DNA from: an uncultured delta proteobacterium
GTDB lineage: Bacteria; Myxococcota; Myxococcia; Myxococcales; Anaeromyxobacteraceae
Length of the DNA: 64,000 nt
Assembly (NCBI GenBank): GCA_963766715.1
Contig: CAVYBH010000015.1
Span: 320,001 to 384,000, forward strand
Reading direction: 5' to 3'
Within the stretch, counting starts at the first letter, position 1. Each line of letters begins with the position of its first letter. A model generated the notes under the pieces. It did no database searches. It saw only the letters and a list, made by a program, of their open reading frames with translations, and was not told the DNA's origin. This document shows positions 1-9,840 of the stretch, piece by piece. The position numbers were made by a program, and so were the translations under genes.

Positions 1-111
1 GCCCGCGCGGTCGTGGTCGTCGACGAGAACGACAAGGTCGTCTACCGGGAGCTCGTCCCGGAGATCGGCCAGGAGCCCAACTACGACGCAGCGCTCGCCG
101 CCGCGAAGTAG
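1..111 (+). CDS. tpx: Thiol peroxidase (atypical 2-Cys peroxiredoxin), 3' end only
   Basis: Frame 1 reads [40 protein letters not shown] (TAG 109-111), matching the characteristic Tpx C-terminus. Confidence 0.85.
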   Translation, partial: ARAVVVVDENDKVVYRELVPEIGQEPNYDAALAAAK

Positions 112-205
112 CCCCGGCAACGCCGCCGGACCGCTCGTCCGACGCCTCCAGGATCTCGCCGACGCGGGCGAGGCTCCGGGGGCGTCGTGGCACCAGCGGG
201 TCCTG

Positions 206-1018
206 GTGGGGCTCCGGGAGGTGGTGCGCGCGGCCTCGCTGCTCACCACCGACCGGGCGCTCCGTCGCAGCGCGCTCCTCCCCACCGCCCTGACCCTCGC
301 CGGCTCGGCCGCCTTCGCCGCGCTCGTGGCCTGGCGGAAGGAGGGGCGCTTCTTCGACCTCGCCTTCGCGAGCTTCGTCGCCCTGTCGTCGATGCCGCCC
401 ACCCTGCTCTGGCCGCTCTGGACGCGGCTGGGGCTGGAGGCGAGGCGCGCGGCCGGCGCGCCGCCCGGCGAGGAGGAGCGGCCGGGCGAGAGCTACGCGC
501 GACTGCTCGTGCGCGAGTCGGTGAAGGCGGTGCGGCAGGCGATCGTCGTCGCGGCCGGCCTGGCCCCGGTCTTCTTCCTCGTGGAGGCGCTGCCCGGCGT
601 GGGGCACGGGATCACGATCCTGCTCGGCGCCTTCTGGGCCTGGTACTGGGTGGTCCTCGACGCGCTCGAGATCCCGGTGGAGCTCCAGCCGGGCCGGCTG
701 GGGCCGGGCGAGCCCCCGTGGTTCGAGCGGGGACTCCGGCACCTGGGCGCGCGGTCCAGGTGGCTTCGCCCGCTCGCCTGGGTGGGGCGCTTCGCCGGAT
801 CGCTGTCCCGCCCGTGGCGCCACCAGGCCATGTTCACCGAACGTCACCCGTGGGAATCGGCCGGGTTCGGGGTGGGCACGGTGGCCTTCCTCGCCATCCC
901 GGTGCTGGGGGTCTTCTTCCGCGCCGTGGCCATCACCGCCGCCACCTCCCTGGTGGTGCGGGACGAGCCCCCCGTCCGGGGGGCCGAGGAAGTGGCGCCT
1001 GCCCGGGATCCTTCGTAG
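206..1018 (+). CDS. EI24/CysZ-like integral membrane protein
   Basis: 270 aa ORF with several hydrophobic segments and a C-terminal FLAIPVLGVFF...AITAAT typical of CysZ/EI24 proteins. The frame stays open and coding-like back to about 116, so the start is uncertain. Confidence 0.6.
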   Translation: MGLREVVRAASLLTTDRALRRSALLPTALTLAGSAAFAALVAWRKEGRFFDLAFASFVALSSMPPTLLWPLWTRLGLEARRAAGAPPGEEERPGESYARLLVRESVKAVRQAIVVAAGLAPVFFLVEALPGVGHGITILLGAFWAWYWVVLDALEIPVELQPGRLGPGEPPWFERGLRHLGARSRWLRPLAWVGRFAGSLSRPWRHQAMFTERHPWESAGFGVGTVAFLAIPVLGVFFRAVAITAATSLVVRDEPPVRGAEEVAPARDPS

Positions 1019-1052
1019 GCTCGTCGGGTCACCCCAGGGAAAGGACCCCGCC

Positions 1053-1655
1053 ATGAATTCCGCCCGCCGCATCCTCCTCGCCGCCATCGCCGCGGCCGCC
1101 CTCCTCGCCGTCCCCACCGCCTCGCGCGCGGGCGACACCTACCTCGCCCTGAAGGGCGGCGTGTGGGTTCCCACCGCCAGCGACGGGTACTCGGCCATCA
1201 GCGGCTCCATCGATTCGATCGGAAGTGGGAAGTTCCCGGCCTCGGGCGACGTCGAGCTCGCCTACGGCGCCACGATGGGCATCATCGGAGCCCAGATCGC
1301 GACCGGCTACATGTGGTCGAGCACCACCACGAACGGCGTCACCGTGAAGGCGAACGCCGTCCCGCTCTACGCCGTCGGCCAGCTCCGGCTGCCCATCTTC
1401 TTCATCCAGCCGTACCTGGAGCTCGGGATCGGCGGCCTCGCCAACTTCGCCAGCGCCCAGGATCTGCAACGCCACCCTGTCCTCGACGAAGTTCTCGTTC
1501 CTGGTCGTCGGCGGCGCGGGCGTGGACTTCTTCCTCGGGCCGATCCTGCTGGGCGCCGAGGCGCGCTACATGTACGTCACGCCGCAGACCTTCACTGGGG
1601 CGACATGAAGCTCTCCGGCGTGAACATCACCGCCAACGTCGGCTACATCTTCTAG
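1053..1655 (+). CDS. Outer-membrane beta-barrel protein (OmpA/OmpW-like 8-stranded), with two compensating frameshifts
   Basis: Signal peptide, alternating beta-strands (QPYLELGIG) and terminal NVGYIF. The segment KFSFLVVGGAGVDFFLGPILLGAEARYMYVTPQTF (~1488-1592) lies in another frame. Confidence 0.75.
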   Translation: MNSARRILLAAIAAAALLAVPTASRAGDTYLALKGGVWVPTASDGYSAISGSIDSIGSGKFPASGDVELAYGATMGIIGAQIATGYMWSSTTTNGVTVKANAVPLYAVGQLRLPIFFIQPYLELGIGGLANFASAQDLQRHPVLDEVLVPGRRRRGRGLLPRADPAGRRGALHVRHAADLHWGDMKLSGVNITANVGYIF

Positions 1656-1686
1656 CCAGGCGTCGCGAACCGGCCGACGGGGCGGG

Positions 1687-2205
1687 CTACTTCGCCGCCT
1701 TCTCGGCCGCGTCGTTGATCCGCGCCCCCTCGGCGGGCGCGGCGCGCGAGAGCACCAGCAGCTCCAGGTCGTAGTCCCGGTGCCGCGCCTCCTCCATGGT
1801 CCCTCGCTCCTGCTGGATCGAGGTGATGACGACGAAGCAGCCGTCCGGGCCGGCGGGCGTGCCCCGGATCTGGTAGCGGAGCCGCGTGCTGTCGAAGTCG
1901 GTCTCCGACTCGAACATGCCCCGGTCGTCCCGGGTGGTGGAGTGGCCGGCGTTCAGGAGGTTGGTGATGGCGCCCTGCTTGTCCTGCCCCGCCAGCTCCC
2001 GGTCGGTCCCCACGAGCTCGAAGCCCTTGCTGGCCAGGACCTTCAGCCCGTCGACCCAGAGCGCCTCGCAGGCGACGGGGAAGCGATAGTCGCGCATCAG
2101 GTCGCGGACGGCCGCGGGGCGCGCGCCGCCCGCCGTGAAGGAGGAGCAACCCGCGGCGGCGAGCCCGACCACCACCGCACACGTCACGACGACCCGGTTT
2201 CTCAT
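1687..2205 (-). CDS. Hypothetical lipoprotein
   Basis: ATG at 2205 preceded by GGAGG. The N-terminus MRNRVVVTCAVVVGLAAAGC has a lipobox-like Cys. Confidence 0.7.
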   Translation of the reverse strand: MRNRVVVTCAVVVGLAAAGCSSFTAGGARPAAVRDLMRDYRFPVACEALWVDGLKVLASKGFELVGTDRELAGQDKQGAITNLLNAGHSTTRDDRGMFESETDFDSTRLRYQIRGTPAGPDGCFVVITSIQQERGTMEEARHRDYDLELLVLSRAAPAEGARINDAAEKAAK

Positions 2206-2426
2206 CGGCTTTCCTCCTCCAGCTTCTTCTTCAGCGCCTCGAGCCCGGCGAGGTCCTCCGACCACAGGAGGCCGACCTGCGTCTCGCCGCCGCCCGTCGC
2301 GGGCGCGTAGCACACCTTGAGCCGCCACCGCTCCTGCTCGCAGGCCTTCTTGATCTCGAACCGGACTCCGCGACCTTCGCGGCGGACCACCTCGAGGGCC
2401 CGGGCGGCGTTCTCGGGAAGCAACAT
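2202..2426 (-). CDS. Small hypothetical protein
   Basis: MLLPENAARALEVVRREGRGVRFEIKK...; its stop overlaps the next start (ATGA), and codon usage is coding-like. Confidence 0.6.
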   Translation of the reverse strand: MLLPENAARALEVVRREGRGVRFEIKKACEQERWRLKVCYAPATGGGETQVGLLWSEDLAGLEALKKKLEEESR

Positions 2427-2447
2427 GGCCCGGCAGTAAACCACGGA

Positions 2448-3407
2448 TCAGGGCGGGGCGGCGTCGCAGCGAATCCGGCCGATGAGCGGCACGTGATCCG
2501 AGAGCCCCGCGAACGGGCTCCGCCGGTCCCCGAAGCGGCTCGAGCCGTCCAGGTCCAGGAAGCGGACGCCGTTGCCGAAGAAGACGTGGTCGAGGTGCAT
2601 CCGCATCCGCATGAAGCCGGCCGTGGGCCAGCCCCGGGCGTCGTCGGGGGCGATGACGCCGAGGGCTTGCTGGGCGCTCTGGAGCCCGGCGGTCTCGGTC
2701 AGGTAGCGGAAGACCGGCGAGCCCGGCGCGGAGTTGAAGTCGCCGCAGACCACGAACGGCTCCCCGTCGGCGTGGCGCGCCACCAGGGAGGCGAGCGTCC
2801 GGGCCTCGTGCAGCTGGTTCGGTCCCCAGCCCATCCGGGCCGGCTCCGTCCAGAATCCGCGGGCGAACGGCGTGGGGAGGGAGATGTGGGTGTTGAAGAC
2901 GTGGAGCCGCCGGCCGGAGGCGTCGGCGACCTTCATGTGGGCGCAGATGCGCGCCTGCTTGCGTTCCCGGAACCGCTCCACGTGGTGGTGCGTGATGTGG
3001 TGGGGGGAGTCGACGTTGTGCGACTCGACGCGCAGCCGGCGCGTGTTCACGAGGATGGCGAGGCCGTGGGTGGTGATGGCCATCCGCCGGATGCGGTTCG
3101 CATGGGCCTGGAAGTAGAAGCCGTCGTAGGGGAACGGAACCCCCATGCCCGCGAACACCTGCTCCAGCGCGGCCATGAAGCTCTCCAGCTGGGTCGCACC
3201 CTGGGTGGCACGCCGGTAGGCGAGGCGCGACCGGAGCGAGATGGTCTCGATCTCCTGCAGGCAGACGATGTCGGGGACGGGGTCGAGCGACGCGAGGGCC
3301 CGCGCGATCCGGTGCTCCGGCCCCCGCGTGCTCGCCAGCCCCTTCAGGGCGTGGCCGAAATACCGGACGTTGTAGCTGACGATGCGGAGCGGAGGAGGAC
3401 GGACCAT
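2448..3407 (-). CDS. Endonuclease/exonuclease/phosphatase (EEP) family protein
   Basis: Motifs SYNV, VCLQE, FNTH, CGDFN, LDHVF and SDH are all present. The start MVRPPPLRIV is at 3407. Confidence 0.88.
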   Translation of the reverse strand: MVRPPPLRIVSYNVRYFGHALKGLASTRGPEHRIARALASLDPVPDIVCLQEIETISLRSRLAYRRATQGATQLESFMAALEQVFAGMGVPFPYDGFYFQAHANRIRRMAITTHGLAILVNTRRLRVESHNVDSPHHITHHHVERFRERKQARICAHMKVADASGRRLHVFNTHISLPTPFARGFWTEPARMGWGPNQLHEARTLASLVARHADGEPFVVCGDFNSAPGSPVFRYLTETAGLQSAQQALGVIAPDDARGWPTAGFMRMRMHLDHVFFGNGVRFLDLDGSSRFGDRRSPFAGLSDHVPLIGRIRCDAAPP

Positions 3408-3536
3408 GGTGCCCTCCGGATCATGTGCCCGGCACCGGCGCTCCGCAACGGCGAGTGAGCCCCGCCTCGGCGTGCACGGCGGGTCCGCCCCGGGCGGGAT
3501 CACCTTCCGGGAGCCGCAGGGGAGTAGGATCGCCGG

Positions 3537-4469
3537 ATGCCCTTCCCGGACGGGCGACCCGGTGAAGGAACCGAGTCGTGGAACCTGACCCCTTCCCGCT
3601 CTCCGGTCGAGAAGCGTCCCTATCTCCTCGTGGTGTCCGGACCGCAGCTCGGGGAGATCCACGCGCTCGCCGCGGGCCGGGAGATCGTGCTGGGGCGGGA
3701 TCCGGCCTGCGACGTCCAGCTCCGGGACACCGGCGTCTCCCGCCGGCACGCCGGGGTCCTGGCCGGCAAGGACGGGGCGCGGCTGCGGGACCTGGGGAGC
3801 ACGAACGGCGTCTTCGTCGAGGGGATCCGCGTCGCCGACTGCCAGATGCAGGACGGCCAGCGCATCCAGATGGGGATGCACACGTCGCTCAAGTACTGCC
3901 TCTGCGACGACCTCGAGATCGCCTACCAGCGGCGGCTCGCCGAGGGAGCGCTGCTCGACCCGGAGACCGGCCTCTTCAACCGGCGCCACTTCGAGGACCG
4001 GCTGGGCGCCGAGCTGGTCACGACGCAGCGCTACGCACGCCCCATGTCGCTGCTCGCGGTGGAGGTGGACGGGTTCCTCCGGGTGCTCGAGGCCCACGGC
4101 CGCCCCGCCGCGGAGGAGGCGCTGGGGCTCGTTGCACTATTGGTGAAATCCGCGGTGCGGCGCGAGGACGTGCTGGCGCGGCTGGGCGCCGAGCAGTTCG
4201 GGGTGGTGGCCCGGGAGACCCCCGTCTCGGCGGGCCGGGCGCTCGGGGAGCGGATCCGGAAGGCGGTCGAGCAGGGGCGCCTGTCGGTCCACGGCCAGGA
4301 CCTGCTCCTCACCGTGAGCGTGGGCGTGGCCGGCATCGACACCGTGGGCAGCTACACCCCGGCGCGCAGCGAGGCCGAGGCGCTGGCCATCGCGGTGCGG
4401 GCGATGCGCCAGGCCCTGGCGGCGGGCGGCAACCGGGTCACCGCCGACGGGCCGCTCTCGCTCCCGTAG
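3537..4469 (+). CDS. FHA domain + degenerate GGDEF domain protein
   Basis: FHA motifs LGR, VSRRHA and DLGSTNG. The GGDEF region begins DPETGLFNRR, and the active-site motif is altered to GAEQF. Confidence 0.88.
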   Translation: MPFPDGRPGEGTESWNLTPSRSPVEKRPYLLVVSGPQLGEIHALAAGREIVLGRDPACDVQLRDTGVSRRHAGVLAGKDGARLRDLGSTNGVFVEGIRVADCQMQDGQRIQMGMHTSLKYCLCDDLEIAYQRRLAEGALLDPETGLFNRRHFEDRLGAELVTTQRYARPMSLLAVEVDGFLRVLEAHGRPAAEEALGLVALLVKSAVRREDVLARLGAEQFGVVARETPVSAGRALGERIRKAVEQGRLSVHGQDLLLTVSVGVAGIDTVGSYTPARSEAEALAIAVRAMRQALAAGGNRVTADGPLSLP

Positions 4470-4482
4470 CGGCGGGCGCGCC

Positions 4483-5955
4483 CTAGTTGTTCACTTCCTC
4501 GAAGGCGCCGACCGCGTTCAGCAGCTTGAGCGTGGCCAGGTCGACGTTCAGCGACTCGGCCACGAGCCCCACCTCGGCCTGGCGGAGCGTCTGCACCGAG
4601 TCGGTGGACTCGAGGTAGGTGGCGGCGCCGGCCTTGTAGGCCACGTCGACGAGCCGCGCGTTCTCCTGCGCGAGCCCGGTCCGCTCCTTCGCCTTGGCCC
4701 GGTTGGCGATGGCCGCCTGGAGGTCGAGCTGCGCCTCCTTCACCCGGCTGACGGCCCGGAGGTCGACCTGGCGCTTCAGCGCGTCGGCCTCGACGATCTT
4801 GGCGCTCTGCTCCCGGATGGAGGCCTCGCGCAGCCCGCCGTCGAGGAGCGTCCAGGTGAGGCCGACGCCCACCTGCCAGAAGAAGGCGTTGGGGTTGAAG
4901 GTGCTCGTGCTCGCGTAGCTGTACGATCCGAAGACGCCGATGCTCGGCAGGTACTGCATGTAGAGCCGGGTGCGCTCGCCGTAGGCCAGGTCGAGGTTCT
5001 CGGCGGCGGCCTTCACGTCGGGGCGCAGGTCGAGGGCCTGCTGCTCCAGGTTCGACCCCTTGGGCTGGGGGGGCGAGGTCGGGATCACGATGTCGAAGTC
5101 GTCCGGGCGATCGAGCGCGGTGGCGAGCGCGAGCTGGGCGCGCTGGAAGTCGATCTGGGCCCGCTTGAGGTCCTCCTCGGCCTGGGCCCGGTCGATCTCG
5201 GCGCGGAGCAGGCCGACCTTGGTCCCGGTGCCGGCCTCGAAGCGGACGCGGGCGTCCCGCTCCCGCTCCTTGGTGAGCACCACCTGCCGCTCCTGCACGG
5301 CGGAGAGCTCCTGCAGGCTGGCGACGCCGTAGTAGAGCTGCGCCACCGCGAAGAGGATGTCCCGGCGCGCCTGCATCACGTTGTAGTCGATGACCCGCTC
5401 GGCCTTGTACGCGTTCGAGATGAGGAGCATGGCCTGCGGCGCGACCACCGCCTGGGTGAGCTTCACCTGCCCCTGCGTCTGCACCAGCGGCTGGACGACG
5501 GTCGACGCGACGGCGCTCGGGTAGACGATGAGGTTGGTGGGGCGCCCGGGCACGGTGCCCCCGGCGTCGGGCCCCTGCTGGCTGCCCATGTCGCGGACGT
5601 AGTAGCCCGGCCGGGAGGTCGAAGGACGACCTCGTACTGGTTGCGGGCCACCTGCACGCCGGCGTTCACCTGCGGCAGGTAGATCGACCAGGCCTTCCAG
5701 GCGAGCTGGCGCGCCTGCTCGACGCGCGCGTCGAGCTGCTGGATGTCCAGGTTCTGCTTCCGCGCCGAGTCGATGGCCTCGCGGAGCGTGAGCACCTTCC
5801 GCTGGGCCGACGAGGCGGCCGGCTTCGCCGCGGGGGCCGGCGTCGCGGCGGCGGCGGCGCGGCTGGCGGCGGCGCGGCGTGTGGGGCGCCGAGGGGACGC
5901 CCTGGGGAGCGGCCTGTGCGAGGACGAGGGCGGCGAAGAAGGCGACTGGACTCAT
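4483..5955 (-). CDS. TolC-family outer-membrane efflux protein (frameshifted near 5625 and 5880)
   Basis: Signal peptide; LTLREAIDSARKQNLDI (other frame); AQLYYG, ALDLRPDV, YLPSIG, WTLLDGG and YKAGAATYLE match OEP repeats. Confidence 0.85.
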   Translation of the reverse strand: MSPVAFFAALVLAQAAPQGVPSAPHTPRRRQPRRRRRDAGPRGEAGRLVGPAEGAHAPRGHRLGAEAEPGHPAARRARRAGAPARLEGLVDLPAAGERRRAGGPQPVRGRPSTSRPGYYVRDMGSQQGPDAGGTVPGRPTNLIVYPSAVASTVVQPLVQTQGQVKLTQAVVAPQAMLLISNAYKAERVIDYNVMQARRDILFAVAQLYYGVASLQELSAVQERQVVLTKERERDARVRFEAGTGTKVGLLRAEIDRAQAEEDLKRAQIDFQRAQLALATALDRPDDFDIVIPTSPPQPKGSNLEQQALDLRPDVKAAAENLDLAYGERTRLYMQYLPSIGVFGSYSYASTSTFNPNAFFWQVGVGLTWTLLDGGLREASIREQSAKIVEADALKRQVDLRAVSRVKEAQLDLQAAIANRAKAKERTGLAQENARLVDVAYKAGAATYLESTDSVQTLRQAEVGLVAESLNVDLATLKLLNAVGAFEEVNN

Positions 5956-6102
5956 GAATCCTCCATTTGGCATGCGAGGTCTACACCACGGCGCCCCGCT
6001 GCGCTCGCAGGAATTAGCGGCCCGACAGGGGTCGTGCAGCGGCGGAGGGCGCGCCTCCTCGAGAGGGGGGCGGCGGCCCTGCCAGCGCCGGGGTCGGCCC
6101 GG

Positions 6103-9100
6103 CTACTTCCCGCCCAGGTCCTCAATCTCGCGCTCGACGTCCTTCTTGTCGTCGGCGTCCGGACGCATCGAGAGGTATTTCCTCAACTCCTGGACCGCGC
6201 GGGCCTTCTGCCCCTGCTCCTTCGCCCAGAAGCCCAGGTAGAGGTGGGGCATCGGGTTCGCGGGGTCGTTCGCGACGGCCTTCTCGTACCAGGGGACGGC
6301 GGCCTTGAGCCCCTGCGTGTCATTCACTGTACGTGCAATGAGGTAGTAGGCCTCCACCCGGGTGGGATCGTTCCGGAGGGCCTGCTGGTAGAGCGCGACG
6401 GCCTCGGTCGTGCGGCCGAGCTGGGCCTGGCACGAGGCCAGCTCGATCCGGGCCGTCTCCCGCCTCGGGTCCACCTCGAGCGCCTTCTGGAACTGGGGAA
6501 TGGCCTGCTTGCAGTCGCTGTGGACCGCGTAGAGCCGGCCCAGGTGCTCGTAGGCCTCCGGGGCGCGCGGCGCGGCCTGGGCGGCCGCGCGGTAGGCCCG
6601 GATGGCCTCCGGCAGCTGGCCGGTGCGCTCGAGCGCGTCCCCCAGCTCGACCTGGTACACGGGCTCTCCGGGCGCCAGGTTCGTGGCCCTGCGCAGCCGG
6701 TCCACCGCGCCCGCCGGGTCGCCCTTGGCGAGGAGCACCCTGCCCATCCAGTACTGTGCCTCGGCCAGGTTCGCGTCGAGGTTCGTGGCCTGGTCGAGCG
6801 ACTGGAAGGCCTCGTCGGCCTTCTTCTGCTCGAGCAGCATCGCGCCCAGCCGGACCCGGGCGAGCGCCCCCCGGGGATCGAGGGCCACGGCGGCCTCGAG
6901 GGCCTTGCGAGCGGGCTCGGCCTCGCCGGAGCGCCAGAGGGTCCAGCCCAGGAGCAGCTGCGCGTCGGCGGAGCCGGGGTCGGCGACCACGGCCTTCTCG
7001 GCCATGGCCCGGGCGCGCGGGAACGTCGCCCCGCAGGAGCGCCAGGCGAGCCGAGCCCGCCAGCGCCGCCGCGTTCCCGGGATCGGCCGCCAGCGCCTTC
7101 GCGAACGCCGCCTCTGCGGCGGGCTGGTTCCCCCGCAGGAGCTCGAGGAGGCCGACGGTGGCCAGCACCTCGGGCTCGGCGGGCGCCTTCTCGGACGCGA
7201 TCTGGACCTGGGCGGCCGCGACCTCCAGCTCCCCCTCGGCGAGCGACAGCCGGGCCAGCGCCAGCGGGGCCTGCCATCCGCCCGGCGCCTTCGCGGCCGC
7301 CTTCTCGTAGAGCTTGCGGGCCTCGGGCCTCCGGCCCGCCCTCTGCTCGAGCAGCCCCTTGGCGAGGAGGAGGTCCGGGTCATCGGCGAAGCGGGCGAGG
7401 GCCGCGTCGATCGTGTTGGCGGCGTCGACGGGCTTGCCGGCGGCGAGCTGCGCCCGCGCGAGCAGCGCGGAGACCGCGGCGGATCGGCTGGCCGCCGGCA
7501 CGGACTCGAGCACCTGCGCGGCCTTCGCCGTCTCCCCGCGCCGGAGCAGGAGCCGGCCCAGCTCCACCCGGGCCTCCACGGAACCCGGCTGGTCCTTCGT
7601 GGCCAGCTCCAGCTCGGCCTCGGCGGCGGCCAGGTCGCCGCGGCGAGCCAGGGTGCCGGCCAGCAGCACGCGGGCACGCGCACGTTCCGCCGGTCCGAGC
7701 CGGCCGAGCTGGTCCTTGTCGAGGAGCGCCCGGAGGCGGGCCTCCGCGCCCGGATCGCCGGCGCGGTCGAGCAGGGCGGCGAGGTCGAGGGACGCCGCCG
7801 CGTGCTGCGGGTCCTTCGCCAGGTCCGCCTCGAGGAGCGCGCGGGCCCCCTTCTCGTCGCCGCGCCGGACCAGGACCGCGGCGCGGAGCCGCGCCGATCG
7901 GGGAGAGCCCGGCGCGCGCGCGTCGAGCCGATCGAGGAAGGAGGCGGCCTTGGCGGGATCGCCGCGCGCCAGCGCCGCGCGGGCCAGCAGGAAGAGCGTC
8001 TCGGGATTCGGCCTCCGCCGGCAGGAGCTTCTCCAGCGCGAGCGCCGGCGCCGTCGCGTCCTCTCCTGCCGCGAGCGCCACCGCGACGCGCGCCTCCTGG
8101 GCGCCGAGGGACGCGGGCTCCTCCGCGAGGAGCGAGCCCGAGAGCTGCCTGGCGCGAGGGAGGATGGCGTCGGCGCCGCGCGGAGCGAGTGCGGCGGCCG
8201 CGCTGGCGAGCAGCCGGATGCCCTGCGGGTCGTCCGCGCGCCGGGCCAGCCCTTGCTCGGCGAGCTCCCGCGCCTTCTCGTCCGACGGGAACGCATCCAG
8301 CGCCAGCGCCGCGCGCCCCTCGGCGGCGAGCCTGGCGACCGCCGGGTCGCCGTGGCCCCGGAAGACCTTCCAGAAGAAGGGGCCATACCGCGTCATGGCG
8401 CCGGCCGCTCCGATCCCCGCGACGAGCAGCAGCACGCCGGCGGCCACCGCGATCGACACCGTGCGGCGGCTCACCGGGGCCCCGCTCGCGGCCGCCTCGC
8501 GGAAGCCGCTCTGCATCCGGGGCTGGAACGGCGCCGGGACCCGCGCGCCGCCGGCCGGCACGGTCGTCTCCGGCGACGAGCGGCGCCTGCTGCATCTGGC
8601 GGACGGCCTTCTCGAACACGGCCACCGCGGCGATGGACATCCACTCGTCGCCCTCTCCGGCGGAGACGTCCTCGTTGCCGTTCAGCTCGCCCTTGCCGAG
8701 CATGTCGGAGATCTCACGCTCGGTGAACGGGCCGAAGACGCGGCCGGACGGGCGCCGGACCTTGTAGGTCGGCTCGGCGGTCTTGCGGGCCGGGGGCGGC
8801 CGGGGCGCGTCCTCGCCCGACGGCGCGAAGAGCATCTCCAGCTCCTCGTCGGGCGGGGGCGGGGCGCCGCGCGGGGGTCGCAGCGAACGGGTCCGGCGCC
8901 GCGTGGTCGAGGGGCACCTCGCCGAAGGAGAGCGGCTCGGGCGTGGGCTCGGCGGCGACCGGGGGCTCGAGCGGCTCGGGCGTCCGGCTCGGCTCGATGG
9001 CGCCACCGCGGCGAACATGTCCGGCTCCTCCGGGGCGAGCGGCTCGGCCGTCTCGAGCTCCTGGAAGGGCGCGCCAAAGGGCTCGTACGGCTCGGCGCCG

Positions 9101-9758
9101 GGGTCGCACGGCGGGCGTCGGCTCGACCGGAGCGGGCTCGGGAGCGGGCTCGGCCTCCGGCTCGAGCTGCGCCTCCGGCAGGGGCTCGTCGAGCGACGCG
9201 GGCAACTCGTCGGGCTCGAACTCGGCCTTCCGGGAGCAGGTCGGGGTCCTCGGGAGGGGGCCAGGCCGGCGCCGCCCGGGCCTGGGGATCGCCCGCCGGT
9301 CCCGGCAGGGGGATCGCGCCGGGAACCGAGGGGGAGGCGACGGCCGGGGGCGGGACGCGCGTTCCCGGACGAGGGGGCGGGGCGCCCACGAAGGTGGGAG
9401 AGGACGGCGGGGGCACGGTCGGCATCGGCGCCTTGCCGGGCAGCGGCACGGGGGCATCCGGGCGGAAGGCGAGCGGCCGGCGGCGGGGGCGGCGCCATGC
9501 CCACCATGGTCATGCCTCCGCGAGGAGCGACCGGGGGCGGGGCCGGACGGCGTCGCCGGGGCCGGAGGGGCCCCGACCATCGTGGGGGCGGCCGCCGAGG
9601 CCGGAGGCTGGCCGGCCATGGTCGTGGCCGGGCGCCTGGGCGATGCGCACCGAGAAGACCCGTTCGCACTGGGGGCAGCGAACGCGCAGCCCGCCCGGCG
9701 GGATCTTCTCGGGGTCGACGTCGTAGCCGGCCTGGCACTGCGGACAGGTGATGCGCAT
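6103..9758 (-). CDS. Zinc-ribbon + Pro-rich linker + GYF-like domain + TM + multi-TPR protein (several frameshifts)
   Basis: N-terminal CPQC...CPQC zinc ribbon (ORF 9510-9758), YKVRRPSGRVFGPF GYF_2-like domain, TM segment IAVAAGVLLLVAGIG, and many TPRs to the stop at 6103, split over frames. Confidence 0.8.
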
Positions 9759-9840
9759 GGCGGTGGCGCCCCTCGGTACCCGCGCGCTGGCGCGGGAGCA
9801 ACCTGCGTGCTAGCTAGGATCCGGAATCGTACCGCCGCCC

